A DNA stretch of 64,000 bases from Candidatus Micrarchaeia archaeon (GCA_049964835.1 JBMFWW010000001.1:3589-67588), one strand, 5' to 3'; counted from the stretch's first letter, positions 37,401-47,182 are shown. Notes: a model not told the origin generated them from the sequence alone. A program made the numbers and translations.

Positions 37401-38954
37401 TCAACCGTAGGAAACCAACTATCTGCGACTCTTTATATAAATAAAGCTACTGTATCATCATCAAATAATCAAGGTACTGTGAGTTACTCCTTTAATAATA
37501 ATGAACTTTACAATATTACATTATCCACCCCTGGAAACGGAAACTACTTAAAAAATAATATTACACGCTATTCATGTTCGATAGGCACACCAAGCAGTAT
37601 CCCATTAAATATAAAATATTATGCACCATTATGTATCATAAATAACCAAACTTCGGCAGTTTCAGGACCGTTTCAGCAGTTTATAAAAATAAATGAGAGT
37701 TTTTATAAAAATTATTTATCATACAATAATAACGATGCAAATTTTGAGATATTCAATTCCACTGGAAGTACACAATCTTCATGGATAGAAAGCAACAGCA
37801 CAGGAAATATCACTATATGGTCAAAAATATCTACTGGCATAAATGCAAATACAGTATATCCACTTTATATTGGTTTTGCAAGCAACACTGTAAATCTACT
37901 TTCAAATTCAGGTGTTAGCGGTATTGGCGAGTTTCCTGCGGCTACTTCTACATATGCACAATATGATGATGGAAAATCAGTATTTAATAATTATTTCAAT
38001 GGTAGTTCATTAAATGGCTGGACAACAGCTGGAACATCCGGAGACACTTCATCAGCTCCTTCTGGCTCACCATTTGGCACTAACGCATTCTATGCTAACG
38101 GTGCAAATGGGGACTATTTATATACAATTGCAAATGGACAATCGACAAATTCAATAATAGAGTACTATACATATACACAAAATCTAGACGATGTTTTCTT
38201 TTTAGTTAACTCTCAAGGTGCTGGACAAATTGCAAGAGTTGGTAACGGTCCCGGATGGTACGGTATAGCATCAGCCTCTTCTTGGACTTCGTGGACCGCA
38301 CCTCCAGATTATGGTATCTGGTCAAATGAATGGCTGCTTATGGGAATTATGATACAAAATGGCAATGCGCAAATGTTCTTGTCTACAACTCCTGGAACTT
38401 ATGGTAGTGAAATAGGAAGTAATCCATCTAATATATACTCGGTAGCAAATAATGGCGAATATCTAGGTTTTGTAGGAGATGCGGCAAGCTCATCAACAAT
38501 GCAGTACATGAACGGTATGATAATAAGAGCACTTCCACCAAACGGAGTTATGCCTTCATATGTCGAAGGTTCTCCAATTTCTGTTTCATCACAATCAACC
38601 TGCACCATTTCATTAAGCAGTAATGAAATAAATTTTGGAAATATAAATCCTAATTACGATTTAAACACAGTAAATTCAATATTCGATACTAATTCCGGAA
38701 GCGCTGACGCATATATGCTTGTTTATGGCGGAAATTGGGTAGGCCCATCCCAATTTGGAGTAAGTAATACAACGTGGTCAGAAACATATAACTCACCTTT
38801 TTCTACTTCTACAAAACTCTCTCAAGTGCCTACCAATACAGTTATAACTGTAAGTCCTAGCAGTAGCAACTCGATATACTTTGGCATGAGAGTTCCGGGG
38901 GGTGCTCAAAGTGGTGTTTATTCACAAAACATAATTATAGAAAATACCTGTTAG
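34437..38954 (+). CDS. Giant secreted protein (1505 aa) with two tandem DUF2341-like plus LamG/ConA-like modules
   Basis: N-terminal signal-like helix and an Asn/Ser/Thr-rich sequence. Module 1 is about 36051-37028 and module 2 about 37623-38558. They share blocks (SWIE.., YMGF/YIGFASNTV.L, Y[AE]?YDDG.SVFN.Y, GWT.AG, NGDY[ML]YT, MIIRA.PPNGVMPS). Confidence 0.6.
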   Translation: MKKSFLIASLIVFLLLNVGSHVLVKNITLSFSSASNSTNIVLLNKTTSSYSNTTTSNALNTNKNNKNLENTNFLIKLNSSVNSIITINGSSYLSNNIIRIASGNYVINSTVPNNFSFSYWNYSSNITITNPYSKNTRISILGNAIITANFNYAVVFTQNGLPVSDQNWSISYNNINENSNTNGIIKISLSLGNYIFKILNTTINNTTYTPSSNLIYLNYTNMNKLLSTPITINFTKNYQNNTINSILANKTNQKLINQTINNTLSKKMINTNINNQISVNNSVSNIVSNSSSVLFKNLNMQIALLKQKLPNNSIFIYNSSNSGFNSTENLNILNYSNSRLLSYNQLSNLSSLNQSQFNFLKNNINNIESYGHKIKSFYENLSIPYGYISQKGIYSKAGEDLHFASYDTQGTIFYYNISVQKAIPKIMMSVNGATEKQPNTTSKIYIPLINGEKSSKISISLNGSMARGNSGLYSYEIRFSNGTVIQNTVNTTSLNYQNTFNLSLNQNASITFDTSGNENYSSVDPTLIVIPSSILEYVPITLTNTQTTPTPTQFQDMVTVNSLSYKSYESGNLDNIEFFYFNGTVIPSWIEGSASNTLLNSNTNSNYLSTSTNTIYWLKLANSISAGNTVIVYMGFSANTVDLFNTVNTGEAPELSPTYAEYDDGPSVFNYYNVNPKSTSGWTIAGIAGQKNTAPVESQYNTTNALYANSANGDYMYTPISGFTENSILTFDVYTTGLGDFFFLTNSAGLGQMGRLDGRGGADYSGLATTSTWKSWAAPSSGLDEGRNVWYKFDIVINGNKANDYIGSESDGLSTLGTLANSDFSVTNNGDYIGLVGDGLGSSYITYWNGMIIRAYPPNGVMPSEQFGSIESSNSPVLLLQSNFIPYGTQDTINGTINTPNDQLELFINNTLVSGPSPNSLSYIVCGSQPYITSCESAGNHKVILEDITSGSSANIILNITQSTPTLNISESSAFINTGTSTNIPYSISTVGNQLSATLYINKATVSSSNNQGTVSYSFNNNELYNITLSTPGNGNYLKNNITRYSCSIGTPSSIPLNIKYYAPLCIINNQTSAVSGPFQQFIKINESFYKNYLSYNNNDANFEIFNSTGSTQSSWIESNSTGNITIWSKISTGINANTVYPLYIGFASNTVNLLSNSGVSGIGEFPAATSTYAQYDDGKSVFNNYFNGSSLNGWTTAGTSGDTSSAPSGSPFGTNAFYANGANGDYLYTIANGQSTNSIIEYYTYTQNLDDVFFLVNSQGAGQIARVGNGPGWYGIASASSWTSWTAPPDYGIWSNEWLLMGIMIQNGNAQMFLSTTPGTYGSEIGSNPSNIYSVANNGEYLGFVGDAASSSTMQYMNGMIIRALPPNGVMPSYVEGSPISVSSQSTCTISLSSNEINFGNINPNYDLNTVNSIFDTNSGSADAYMLVYGGNWVGPSQFGVSNTTWSETYNSPFSTSTKLSQVPTNTVITVSPSSSNSIYFGMRVPGGAQSGVYSQNIIIENTC

Positions 38955-39007
38955 TAAAGTAATGCTCTACACAAGAAAGTTTAACAAAAAATAACTGATA
39001 TTAAATT

Positions 39008-39697
39008 TTAATCTATGTTGTTAAATTTAGATTTTTTATTTCTGTAAATACTTTCAATTTTTTTAAGTTTATTGCTGTTATAACCTCGTCTTTCATACTC
39101 TTTCCTAATCTCTTCTGGAATTAAATCAATATTTTTGGAATATACTGGGTGTATTTTCATACTTATCTCTTGAAAAGGCAGTTTTTGATCGGGAATCTCT
39201 TTATACATATGTTTCAAAAATCTGAATGAATTCTCTTCTAATATTTTAAGTTCATCAAGTCTTTTTTTATCTAATTCACTCATTTTTACTTTAGAAAATT
39301 TTATTTTTACTTTTTTATTAAGTGTTAATTTAAGTAGGTATTTAATTTTACTAATTCTTAATTTTAGTGTAACTACATTTATTAATGACAAATTCTTAAT
39401 ATCATTAAGTATTCTTGATGTAAAAATTACATTTCCTATAGTATCATATGATTTATTTTCTAATATTATATACTTCTTATCTATTCCTATTTTATTAGCA
39501 TATAACTCCATTGCTTCTGACTCTGTAAACTTGGGCACATATTTTATATTATAAGACCACCTTCCAGATAACAATATAATTTCATAATCTCCAGTATCAA
39601 ATAATTCTTTTGCAAGTTCTATTGACCTTTTCGTAATCTCACTAATACTGCCATCTTTGTATATACCATAACCAAACACAACTATCGCTTTGACCAT
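39008..39697 (-). CDS. DUF218 (YdcF/ElyC-like) domain protein
   Basis: VVFGYGIYKDG..., ILLSGRW, TESEAM, and ENKSYDTIGN (E-x-x-S-x-D-T-x-x-N). Confidence 0.5.
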   Translation of the reverse strand: MVKAIVVFGYGIYKDGSISEITKRSIELAKELFDTGDYEIILLSGRWSYNIKYVPKFTESEAMELYANKIGIDKKYIILENKSYDTIGNVIFTSRILNDIKNLSLINVVTLKLRISKIKYLLKLTLNKKVKIKFSKVKMSELDKKRLDELKILEENSFRFLKHMYKEIPDQKLPFQEISMKIHPVYSKNIDLIPEEIRKEYERRGYNSNKLKKIESIYRNKKSKFNNID

Positions 39698-39704
39698 ACT
39701 CTTA

Positions 39705-40151
39705 CTACACCAATATTTTTACCATCTCCCAGCTTTCTATAGGCCCATCTACAACTTTAAAAATCTCAACTGCTTCTGGTCTTTTAATATCTTTAATTTT
39801 ATCATATAATTTTTTGTCTCTCATCTTAAGCTTTGATTTTAATAAATCAAATTCGTATTCCAACTGCTTGTTATTCAATTTAATTCTAATTTTTTTATCA
39901 ACTAATTTTTCATTTATTTTTTCTTTTGAAAAATTATAACCTCTGGATAAAGATTCTAAATATACATAATGTAGATATGTGTTTATCCCTATAAGTGGAT
40001 TATCAAGTTCTTTGAATCGTTGTAGCTGTGGGTGATTTTTATATCCTTTTGTTTTTCCTTCAAGTACCTTTTTGGCAAGAAGAGTTTCTCTCCAAACTGC
40101 AAGTAAGCCTATAGTATCTAAATATGACAATTTAATTGACCATACTCTCAT
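39705..40151 (-). CDS. Pyrimidine dimer DNA glycosylase (T4 endoV-like, Pyr_excise family)
   Basis: N-terminal MRVWSIKLSYLDTIGLLAVWRETLLAKKVL..GYKNHPQLQRF matches the family N-terminus. I prefer the ATG at 40151. Confidence 0.6.
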   Translation of the reverse strand: MRVWSIKLSYLDTIGLLAVWRETLLAKKVLEGKTKGYKNHPQLQRFKELDNPLIGINTYLHYVYLESLSRGYNFSKEKINEKLVDKKIRIKLNNKQLEYEFDLLKSKLKMRDKKLYDKIKDIKRPEAVEIFKVVDGPIESWEMVKILV

Positions 40152-40189
40152 AAAAATCACTATTAGTTATTGCGTCTAACTAATATTAA

Positions 40190-41248
40190 TCAAACATTTT
40201 TTCCTGTGATTATTGCTACCGTCTCTCCATTTAATTTGAGCTTTTTATATGCGGCTATTGTTGCAGCGCTTGCAAGTTCCACTATTAATCCATACTCATT
40301 AAAGATATTTTTTTGTTCTTCTTGCATTTCCTTTTCAGCTACTATAACTATCTCCGAATTTACTTGCTTCATATACTCTAAAGCTTGAGATCCAAACGTT
40401 GGATATCCTACTGCTATGGCATCCGCTTTTGTTTTTGATACCTCATATCTAACTATTGTATTGTTCTTATACGCTTCATACAAAGGCTTACACATCTTTG
40501 ACTGTACTCCTATTATCTTAGGTAGATGTATCTTAGAGTAACTTTCTTTAAGTTCTGTAAGCGATTTCAGTATGCCTGAAAATAATGTTGCATTTCCTAT
40601 AGGCACTATTATGTTTTTTACTTCTTTAATTTGCGAAAGTATCTCATAAATTATTGTTTTTTGCCCTTCTTTTCTATAACAATAATCTCCTGCAAGAAAG
40701 GCATGTTTTTTATACGAATGTTCCTCTGCTAACTTCTGCGCTTTCGTGAAGTCTCCATTTACCTTTATTATATTCGCATTGTTTGTTTTTTTAATATTAT
40801 AAATTTTATCAGGATTAGAGTCTTTGCTTATGTATACATTTGTTTTTATGTTGTATAACTTTGAGTAGTAAGCTATAGAATAAGCCATATTTCCAGTAGA
40901 AGCACAAACAATTTCTTTATATTTATACTCTTTTGCTTTTGCCACTTCAATTACAGATCCTCTGTCTTTGAATGAACCTGTAGGGTTCTGTGTTTCAATT
41001 TTAAGATATAAATTTTCATCTGTTCTGCTGTTTATGACTTTGGTAAGCCCGACATCATAATATTTATATGCGCTGCAATCTGGAAGCATATTTTTGTATG
41101 ACCAAAATGAGTTTACCATCTCTTTATGTGCTTCACCTTTAAATTTATACTCTATTTCGAGAAGTCCATGGCATTTTTTGCATATCTGCGAATCATAACT
41201 ACTATCATAACTTTCATTGCACGTTAAGCATAGTAGTTTATACTCCAT
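40190..41248 (-). CDS. thrC: Threonine synthase-like PLP enzyme
   Basis: N-terminal zinc-ribbon cysteines (CLTC...CKKC), PLP-lysine motif PTGSFKDRG, and STGNMAYS. Confidence 0.7.
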   Translation of the reverse strand: MEYKLLCLTCNESYDSSYDSQICKKCHGLLEIEYKFKGEAHKEMVNSFWSYKNMLPDCSAYKYYDVGLTKVINSRTDENLYLKIETQNPTGSFKDRGSVIEVAKAKEYKYKEIVCASTGNMAYSIAYYSKLYNIKTNVYISKDSNPDKIYNIKKTNNANIIKVNGDFTKAQKLAEEHSYKKHAFLAGDYCYRKEGQKTIIYEILSQIKEVKNIIVPIGNATLFSGILKSLTELKESYSKIHLPKIIGVQSKMCKPLYEAYKNNTIVRYEVSKTKADAIAVGYPTFGSQALEYMKQVNSEIVIVAEKEMQEEQKNIFNEYGLIVELASAATIAAYKKLKLNGETVAIITGKNV

Positions 41249-41260
41249 AAAACTCTAACC

Positions 41261-41932
41261 TTATTTAGTATGCTTATGGTGTACAACCATTGCTTTGCTT
41301 TTTTCATAAGATACTATTAAAACAACTGCTAACCCTAAAACCAACATCTGCAATGCACCTAAAATTGGAACAATTGGTAGTAATGCAATAATATATAAGG
41401 TAATACCAGCATTTGGAGATACCTTATTTATTTTATCAAAAACAGCAAGAAAATTTTTATTATCGTTTGTAAGATATCCCGACAAAGATATTCCAGTAAC
41501 AACAAAGTAAAAGATGCCAAGTATTATACTTCCTATACCTGCCCCTAATCCATACAATCCAGGTACTCCATCAAATGTAATAGATAAAAATCCTGCAATA
41601 AAACCAAGTATCAAGATAATTAGTGTTATTGAGCTTCTTGACCTTACTATGTCGATTCCTTTTTTAATACTAGAAATATAATCAGCAGTTTTATTTTCTA
41701 TTATTAAATTAGCAACATTTCCTAAAGATGCGATATAAATTGCAAAGATTAAAAATTCTACTGCGGAAAAGATCCCATATACTAATGAAAACAACAACGC
41801 ATTTATTAAGCCGAATAAAAGTGCTATTTCATACAGTACTAAATATGCAAATAAGAATATTATAAGCATTATTAAAAAAGAAAAAATATTCCTTTCAATC
41901 AGCTTCAAAGAGTTCTCAAAGAGTTCTACCAT
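41261..41932 (-). CDS. Hypothetical polytopic membrane protein
   Basis: About 6 hydrophobic helices. No conserved motif recognised. Confidence 0.45.
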   Translation of the reverse strand: MVELFENSLKLIERNIFSFLIMLIIFLFAYLVLYEIALLFGLINALLFSLVYGIFSAVEFLIFAIYIASLGNVANLIIENKTADYISSIKKGIDIVRSRSSITLIILILGFIAGFLSITFDGVPGLYGLGAGIGSIILGIFYFVVTGISLSGYLTNDNKNFLAVFDKINKVSPNAGITLYIIALLPIVPILGALQMLVLGLAVVLIVSYEKSKAMVVHHKHTK

Positions 41933-42080
41933 ACAAACACGTTTAACTATTAAGCAGCAACATTTTAAATAGTCTACGCATTTAACTTATTTTAGTTTTA
42001 TATATATGAAAATTAAGAAAATATAAAAATGTATTTATCTATTGTTAACATATACTAAACGTACTAAATGATTGATATAT

Positions 42081-42833
42081 ATGGTCACTAAGATCCCTAC
42101 TGGTATTTCAGGTCTTGACAGAATGTTAAATGGAGGTATTCCTATGGGCAATCAGGTGATATTGGAAGGAGGTCCTGGTTCTGGGAAAACCTTACTGGCT
42201 TTAGAGTTTTTATACCATGGCGCAGAGCATGGAGAAAATGGCATATTATTTTCATTTGAAGAGGATTTTGAAAGCATCATAGAAAACTTCAAAGAGGCAT
42301 TTCCTACTTTTACTAACTTTGATGCATATATTAAAAATGGTGCAATTACTATACTTGGTTCTGAAGATACCAAGCAGTATGTACAAAAAAATAAGGAAGG
42401 GACTGCTTACTCATTTGGAAGTTTTATATCAGAGATAGACTCTGTAACAAAGATGCACAATGCAAAAAGAATAGTTATAGACTCTATTTCAGTGATAAGA
42501 CTCTTTATATCAGATCCTTTGGATTACAGGTCATTGTCTACTAGTTTGCTATCAGTTCTAAAAAGACAGAAGATAACTACAATACTAATATCAGAACAAA
42601 ATTCTTCAGACAAACAGAAGATATACTTCCAGCCAGAATCTTTTATATATGATGGTCTTATACTTCTTTTTTTATATGGAAATGATTTGGAGAATAGAAT
42701 TCCTACAATCGAAATAATAAAAATGAGAGGTTGTGAGCATATGTATACTGCCGTTCCGTACGAAATAATAGATACAGGTTTTAATATTCTACTTCTTAAT
42801 AAGTCAGATAGAATAGCTCATGAAAGTGAGTGA
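42081..42833 (+). CDS. KaiC/RadA-like single-domain ATPase
   Basis: IPTGISGLDRMLNGGIP, Walker A GGPGSGKT, SFEE, and Walker B RIVIDSIS. Confidence 0.7.
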   Translation: MVTKIPTGISGLDRMLNGGIPMGNQVILEGGPGSGKTLLALEFLYHGAEHGENGILFSFEEDFESIIENFKEAFPTFTNFDAYIKNGAITILGSEDTKQYVQKNKEGTAYSFGSFISEIDSVTKMHNAKRIVIDSISVIRLFISDPLDYRSLSTSLLSVLKRQKITTILISEQNSSDKQKIYFQPESFIYDGLILLFLYGNDLENRIPTIEIIKMRGCEHMYTAVPYEIIDTGFNILLLNKSDRIAHESE

Positions 42834-42945
42834 CGGTTGCTTACTTATAAATTTTGTAGAATTTTCTATTTGTTATTATTCTTTGTATTATATTGTAAAT
42901 GAGTAATAAACCACAAAAAGAAAAAAGAGAAAGTTACAACTAATT

Positions 42946-43641
42946 TTAAATATTGTTCAATCGCATCTTTATCTCTTCTCCATTTAACTTTGTAGTTATT
43001 AGTGGTATTCTCTCTATTTGTGAGATCTTTATCGCTAGTTTATCAACAGTATCTAGGTTTTGTATTATAACAAGTTTTGGTTTTATCGGCGCTACTCTTA
43101 CAACTACCATTGGAGATCTGCCAGTGCTTACCTGGTCAAATATAAAAGCTCTTTCGCTTGTACTACCAAAAAGTCTTGGATACTCAGATGGGGATATCTC
43201 AAGTATTACTCTTAAACTATCAAGAAGTGTGTATCCAAAGAGCTTAATTGAATCAAGATAATTTGGATTGGTTACTATTTTACCATCTATTAATCTCACT
43301 ATATCTGTTCCTGATATTGGAGAAGAAAAGTCATGTATAAAATAAAATGAGCCATCCTCATTTTTAATATCTTTATTAAACTTTTCAAGGTTTCTTATTA
43401 CCTCTCCTCCTCGCTGGTTGTCTATTGTAAAAAGTGCAAGTATGAATCTTTTTATTATTGCTACTCCTGGACTTGCCCTTCTATTTCCTTCATAATCACT
43501 TATTGTAGATGTAGAAATTTTAAGATACTGTGCAAGTTCAACCTGCGAGATGCCAAATAACTCTCTCCATTTCTTCATAGCACTTCCTGGTGTTTCAGAT
43601 AACGCTATCTCGCCTGCTATTCTCTCTTGTAAACTATCCAT
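42946..43641 (-). CDS. XRE-type HTH transcriptional regulator (archaeal COG1395-like)
   Basis: HTH ISQVELAQYLKISTSTISDYEGNRR, followed by a C-terminal domain of about 150 aa. Confidence 0.6.
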   Translation of the reverse strand: MDSLQERIAGEIALSETPGSAMKKWRELFGISQVELAQYLKISTSTISDYEGNRRASPGVAIIKRFILALFTIDNQRGGEVIRNLEKFNKDIKNEDGSFYFIHDFSSPISGTDIVRLIDGKIVTNPNYLDSIKLFGYTLLDSLRVILEISPSEYPRLFGSTSERAFIFDQVSTGRSPMVVVRVAPIKPKLVIIQNLDTVDKLAIKISQIERIPLITTKLNGEEIKMRLNNI

Positions 43642-43703
43642 ATGTATATTATAAACAAAAAGTTCTTTATTACTTTTGACGAAATCTTTTTAGACTATAG
43701 ACG

Positions 43704-44549
43704 TTATTTTTTCTTTGTTCTTTTTCTCTTCTCTTTACTACCTTTAGTTTTTCTAGTACTATTTTTCTTTTCTAATTCTTCATATATATCTAATGCTTTT
43801 TTATCTACTACCTCCTGTGCTTTTTTATCATTTGGTTTTCTTATTACTCCATATACTATTAAAATAATGCCTATTATGAATGATAATGAAGATACAAGAC
43901 TGCCAGGAACAAAGTTGCTATTCAACGACTCAGTAAAGTTTCCATTAGTAATGTTTGCAAATTTAATTAATGAGTATCTATATGTAACATTTATATAAGG
44001 TGAGTTGTTGTTATAAAAGTATAAGTAATAACTCCCATCTTCATAAATAGAGCTTCCAGGGCCGTATGCACTTCCATTATAAAAATAATTTGGTTCTTTG
44101 TAGCCATAATTTGAAAGATTAGAGGTATATGGAAAGGTTGTGCCCAATGTGCCATTTAATATGTATTCTAGAACGCCTTTGCCTGCAAGCTTAGGCCCAT
44201 TTTTATAAATAAATGAGCCATTATTTACTGCATTGTAAGAATTAATATAATTGTAACCGCTCTGATTCATAAAATAAAAATCTATTGGAGAACTAGCCGC
44301 ATAACTAAATACAAAAAAGCTAGTATTCTTTATTTCTATTGGACTAACTACAATACTGTTCTGAGCCACTATTATCTTATTTATATAAGTACTATTGCCG
44401 AGCTGCTGTGGAGCTACAGATGGTTCTACAACAGAACTCGCAATAAAGAAACTTACTAAAAGTATTATTACTCCTATAACCACAATTCTTATATCCAAAA
44501 ATGCACCAATACCATTTTGCAAGTAAAGAATATAAATATAACATATCAA
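43704..44549 (-). CDS. Hypothetical surface protein with N- and C-terminal TM helices and a Lys/Arg-rich tail
   Basis: N-terminal hydrophobic helix, sequon-rich Tyr/Asn ectodomain, C-terminal TM helix (SLSFIIGIILIVYGVI), and tail ...KEKRKRTKKK. The start codon is uncertain (no ATG). Confidence 0.4.
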   Translation of the reverse strand: MICYIYILYLQNGIGAFLDIRIVVIGVIILLVSFFIASSVVEPSVAPQQLGNSTYINKIIVAQNSIVVSPIEIKNTSFFVFSYAASSPIDFYFMNQSGYNYINSYNAVNNGSFIYKNGPKLAGKGVLEYILNGTLGTTFPYTSNLSNYGYKEPNYFYNGSAYGPGSSIYEDGSYYLYFYNNNSPYINVTYRYSLIKFANITNGNFTESLNSNFVPGSLVSSLSFIIGIILIVYGVIRKPNDKKAQEVVDKKALDIYEELEKKNSTRKTKGSKEKRKRTKKK

Positions 44550-44568
44550 AAGTAATTAGGTTGTTTTT

Positions 44569-45780
44569 TTGAAAAATGATAAGAATACTAAGTTTTCAAA
44601 GTCGCTAAAAGCATTTATCGATAAGCACTCTTCATTAAGTCATTATTTCATGTTAGCAGCACTTTTAGTAATCGCAGTAATAATACTCACCATATTCGTA
44701 AATGGAAATCAAAGCGCAAATAATGCAAATTACTGTTCCGGTATTCTTCTTTCTTCATATAAGGATTCATGCTTTTTATCATTGGCAGAAAATCAAAGTG
44801 CACCATATCTATGCAACTACATCTCAAATCCTGGAAATTATCAATGTAGAGAGTTCATAGCTGAAAAAACTCTTAACAATACTTTATGTACAGCTTCTGG
44901 GCCTTACTCAAATGCATGTATGGAGTATGTTGCTTATTCTTCTGGAAATGGTTCTTACTGTTCAAGTATAAATAATTCTAATTCAACACTGTGCTCTACA
45001 AATCTTGCACTTAAAGAAAAAAATATAACTTACTGTTCATATTCTAGAAATAGTTCCGGATCATCTATTTGCAAATCAGCATACAACTTAAGTTTAGCAT
45101 ATAAACTGGGAAATGATTCTTACTGTAAATATATGGAAAGTTTAAATAATACTGCTCTTGCAGATGAGTTAACTCAGTATTCTGGCATAGGACTGCTTGG
45201 TTCTTCAGGAAATAATCAAAGTTTATTACAGATTTCTCCTCTTGGCTACATTGAATCTACACAAGGTCTTAATTACAGTGCTATGGATATATGCAATATA
45301 GCCGTAGCAATAGCATCAAAAAATAAATCATATTGCAATCTAATAAACAACGGGACTCTTTCAACTTTATGCGTTTCTTCTGTATATGAAATTAATACAA
45401 GTAAAACTGAAAGTTCTTCGATAAATAGTAACATAAACAATACAACTAACTCAAATAATATAATTCAGAATAGCATCTATCAGAATTTCACAAAGAACTT
45501 CAATTATACCGTAATACAGAAAAGCTGCCTAAACTCTTCTATTTCGAGCAATATTAATTCATCTGAGTGTTCATATCTGCAGAATTTAATAACTGCAGTA
45601 TCTACAAAAAATGCAAATTATTGCATTTCAAACAATATACAAGAATCCGACCAGTGTTACTATGTTCTTGCAAAAGCCTATAATCAAACAACCTACTGTT
45701 CATATATAACAAACGCAACAATAAATAACGCTTGTTATCAGGCAGTAACGCAAAATATTTCATCGATAACTAGCACGTGA
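44569..45780 (+). CDS. Secreted or anchored Cys-rich repeat protein (20 Cys)
   Basis: N-terminal TM helix, then a repeated two-cysteine unit of about 24 aa (…YC-x8-10-C-x4-[LV]A-x5-7-YC…). TTG start. Confidence 0.5.
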   Translation: MKNDKNTKFSKSLKAFIDKHSSLSHYFMLAALLVIAVIILTIFVNGNQSANNANYCSGILLSSYKDSCFLSLAENQSAPYLCNYISNPGNYQCREFIAEKTLNNTLCTASGPYSNACMEYVAYSSGNGSYCSSINNSNSTLCSTNLALKEKNITYCSYSRNSSGSSICKSAYNLSLAYKLGNDSYCKYMESLNNTALADELTQYSGIGLLGSSGNNQSLLQISPLGYIESTQGLNYSAMDICNIAVAIASKNKSYCNLINNGTLSTLCVSSVYEINTSKTESSSINSNINNTTNSNNIIQNSIYQNFTKNFNYTVIQKSCLNSSISSNINSSECSYLQNLITAVSTKNANYCISNNIQESDQCYYVLAKAYNQTTYCSYITNATINNACYQAVTQNISSITST

Positions 45781-45784
45781 TTAA

Positions 45785-47182
45785 TTGGAAGGCATAGTAT
45801 CAACAATAAAGATTCTTGGGAACTCATTAAAATGTAATGTTTTAAGTGTTGATGAAGGTAAACTCACACTTTCCGAGGCAATTACAAAACAGCAGATAAA
45901 AATAGGCGAAAAGATTTCTCTAAGTTCAACTTTAGATGTGAAATTTTTAGGCACAGCGAATAACAAAGAGCTAAATCAAATAGATAAAATATTATCTACT
46001 TTAATACAAGAATATATTAAAAAAACTCCACCTATATTTGATTTAGAAGATTTAAATACTGCTACAAAAAAACTTTTCCCAAAAATCATGGAAGCTGCAA
46101 AATTATTTGCTAAAAAACTTCTTTTAGGTGCTCCCATAATAATACGTTTTCATAATGACGCGGACGGATCATCCGGAGCATATGCAATATCTCTTTCAAT
46201 AAATTCACTAATTTCGGATTTTTCAATACAATCAAAGCCAAATATAACTTGGCTTATGCAACGATCTGTAGTTTATGAAATAAGTGACGCAATATATGAT
46301 CAGAATTTATTTAATTATTTTTCAAGCACAGAAAAACCATTACTTTTAATAACTGATTTTGGAACATCCTCTCAGAGTAATAGGGGTATAGAGCGTATTT
46401 CTGAATCATTCGATATAATCTGGCTTGATCATCATCCAATAGAAGATGATTTTAATTATAAAAAATTAAAGCATTATATAAATCCTTGGAACTTTAATTT
46501 AGGATCAGATATTACTGCCGGATTTCTTTCATGTATTTTTGGTTATGCTCTTTCAGGCAAACTTAACGAAGAGATAATTAATGCATCATTTATCGGTGAT
46601 TACAGTAAGTATGCAGATGTTAAAAAATTAGGCAATGACCTTTCTATATTTTTAGATATGGCAACAAGCGATCCTAGTGCACTAGGAAGTCATAATCCTA
46701 AAAACATCACTCCTTCAGAGATAGAAGGAATAATTTCTGACAAAGAAAAATACAACTCTTTCCTGAAAGTTGCAAAGATGAAGTTAGACGAAACCTTAGA
46801 AAGAGCAAAGAGTTCAATTAAAACCTACAAATTAAAAAATTTAAATATATATGTGTGCGATTTTTCATCTATACGCGATAAAAATAGCAAGTATCCTCTT
46901 CCAGGGCGTTTTTCATCTAAACTCCTTGATGTACTCTCCGAAAAAGATAAAAATTCAATTCTTATTCTTCATTTTGGCGTGTATATATCGATGAGGATGG
47001 ACAAGGAGTTATCAAAGGATATAGATCTCTTAAGCATAATCTCTGAGTTGAAAGATAATATCGATGATGTTGAATCTGGAGGAGGTCATGCTTCTGCATG
47101 CAGTTTAAAACTTTATGAGTATGCAGATAAGAAAGCATATATAAACACTATAATAAACAAGATCAAAGAAAAAGAGAAGTAA
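45785..47182 (+). CDS. DHH/DHHA1 phosphoesterase (RecJ/GAN/Cdc45-like)
   Basis: Motifs RFHNDADGSSGA, IIWLDHHP and GGGHASA. There is an extra N-terminal domain of about 100 aa. TTG start 4 nt after the previous stop. Confidence 0.65.
   Translation: MEGIVSTIKILGNSLKCNVLSVDEGKLTLSEAITKQQIKIGEKISLSSTLDVKFLGTANNKELNQIDKILSTLIQEYIKKTPPIFDLEDLNTATKKLFPKIMEAAKLFAKKLLLGAPIIIRFHNDADGSSGAYAISLSINSLISDFSIQSKPNITWLMQRSVVYEISDAIYDQNLFNYFSSTEKPLLLITDFGTSSQSNRGIERISESFDIIWLDHHPIEDDFNYKKLKHYINPWNFNLGSDITAGFLSCIFGYALSGKLNEEIINASFIGDYSKYADVKKLGNDLSIFLDMATSDPSALGSHNPKNITPSEIEGIISDKEKYNSFLKVAKMKLDETLERAKSSIKTYKLKNLNIYVCDFSSIRDKNSKYPLPGRFSSKLLDVLSEKDKNSILILHFGVYISMRMDKELSKDIDLLSIISELKDNIDDVESGGGHASACSLKLYEYADKKAYINTIINKIKEKEK

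Noticed and set aside
43642-43998. 118-aa + strand ORF overlapping the 3' part of the 281-aa minus-strand gene
   Set aside because: It is a Phe/Leu-rich shadow ORF. The minus-strand ORF has a coherent signal anchor, ectodomain and C-terminal anchor architecture.
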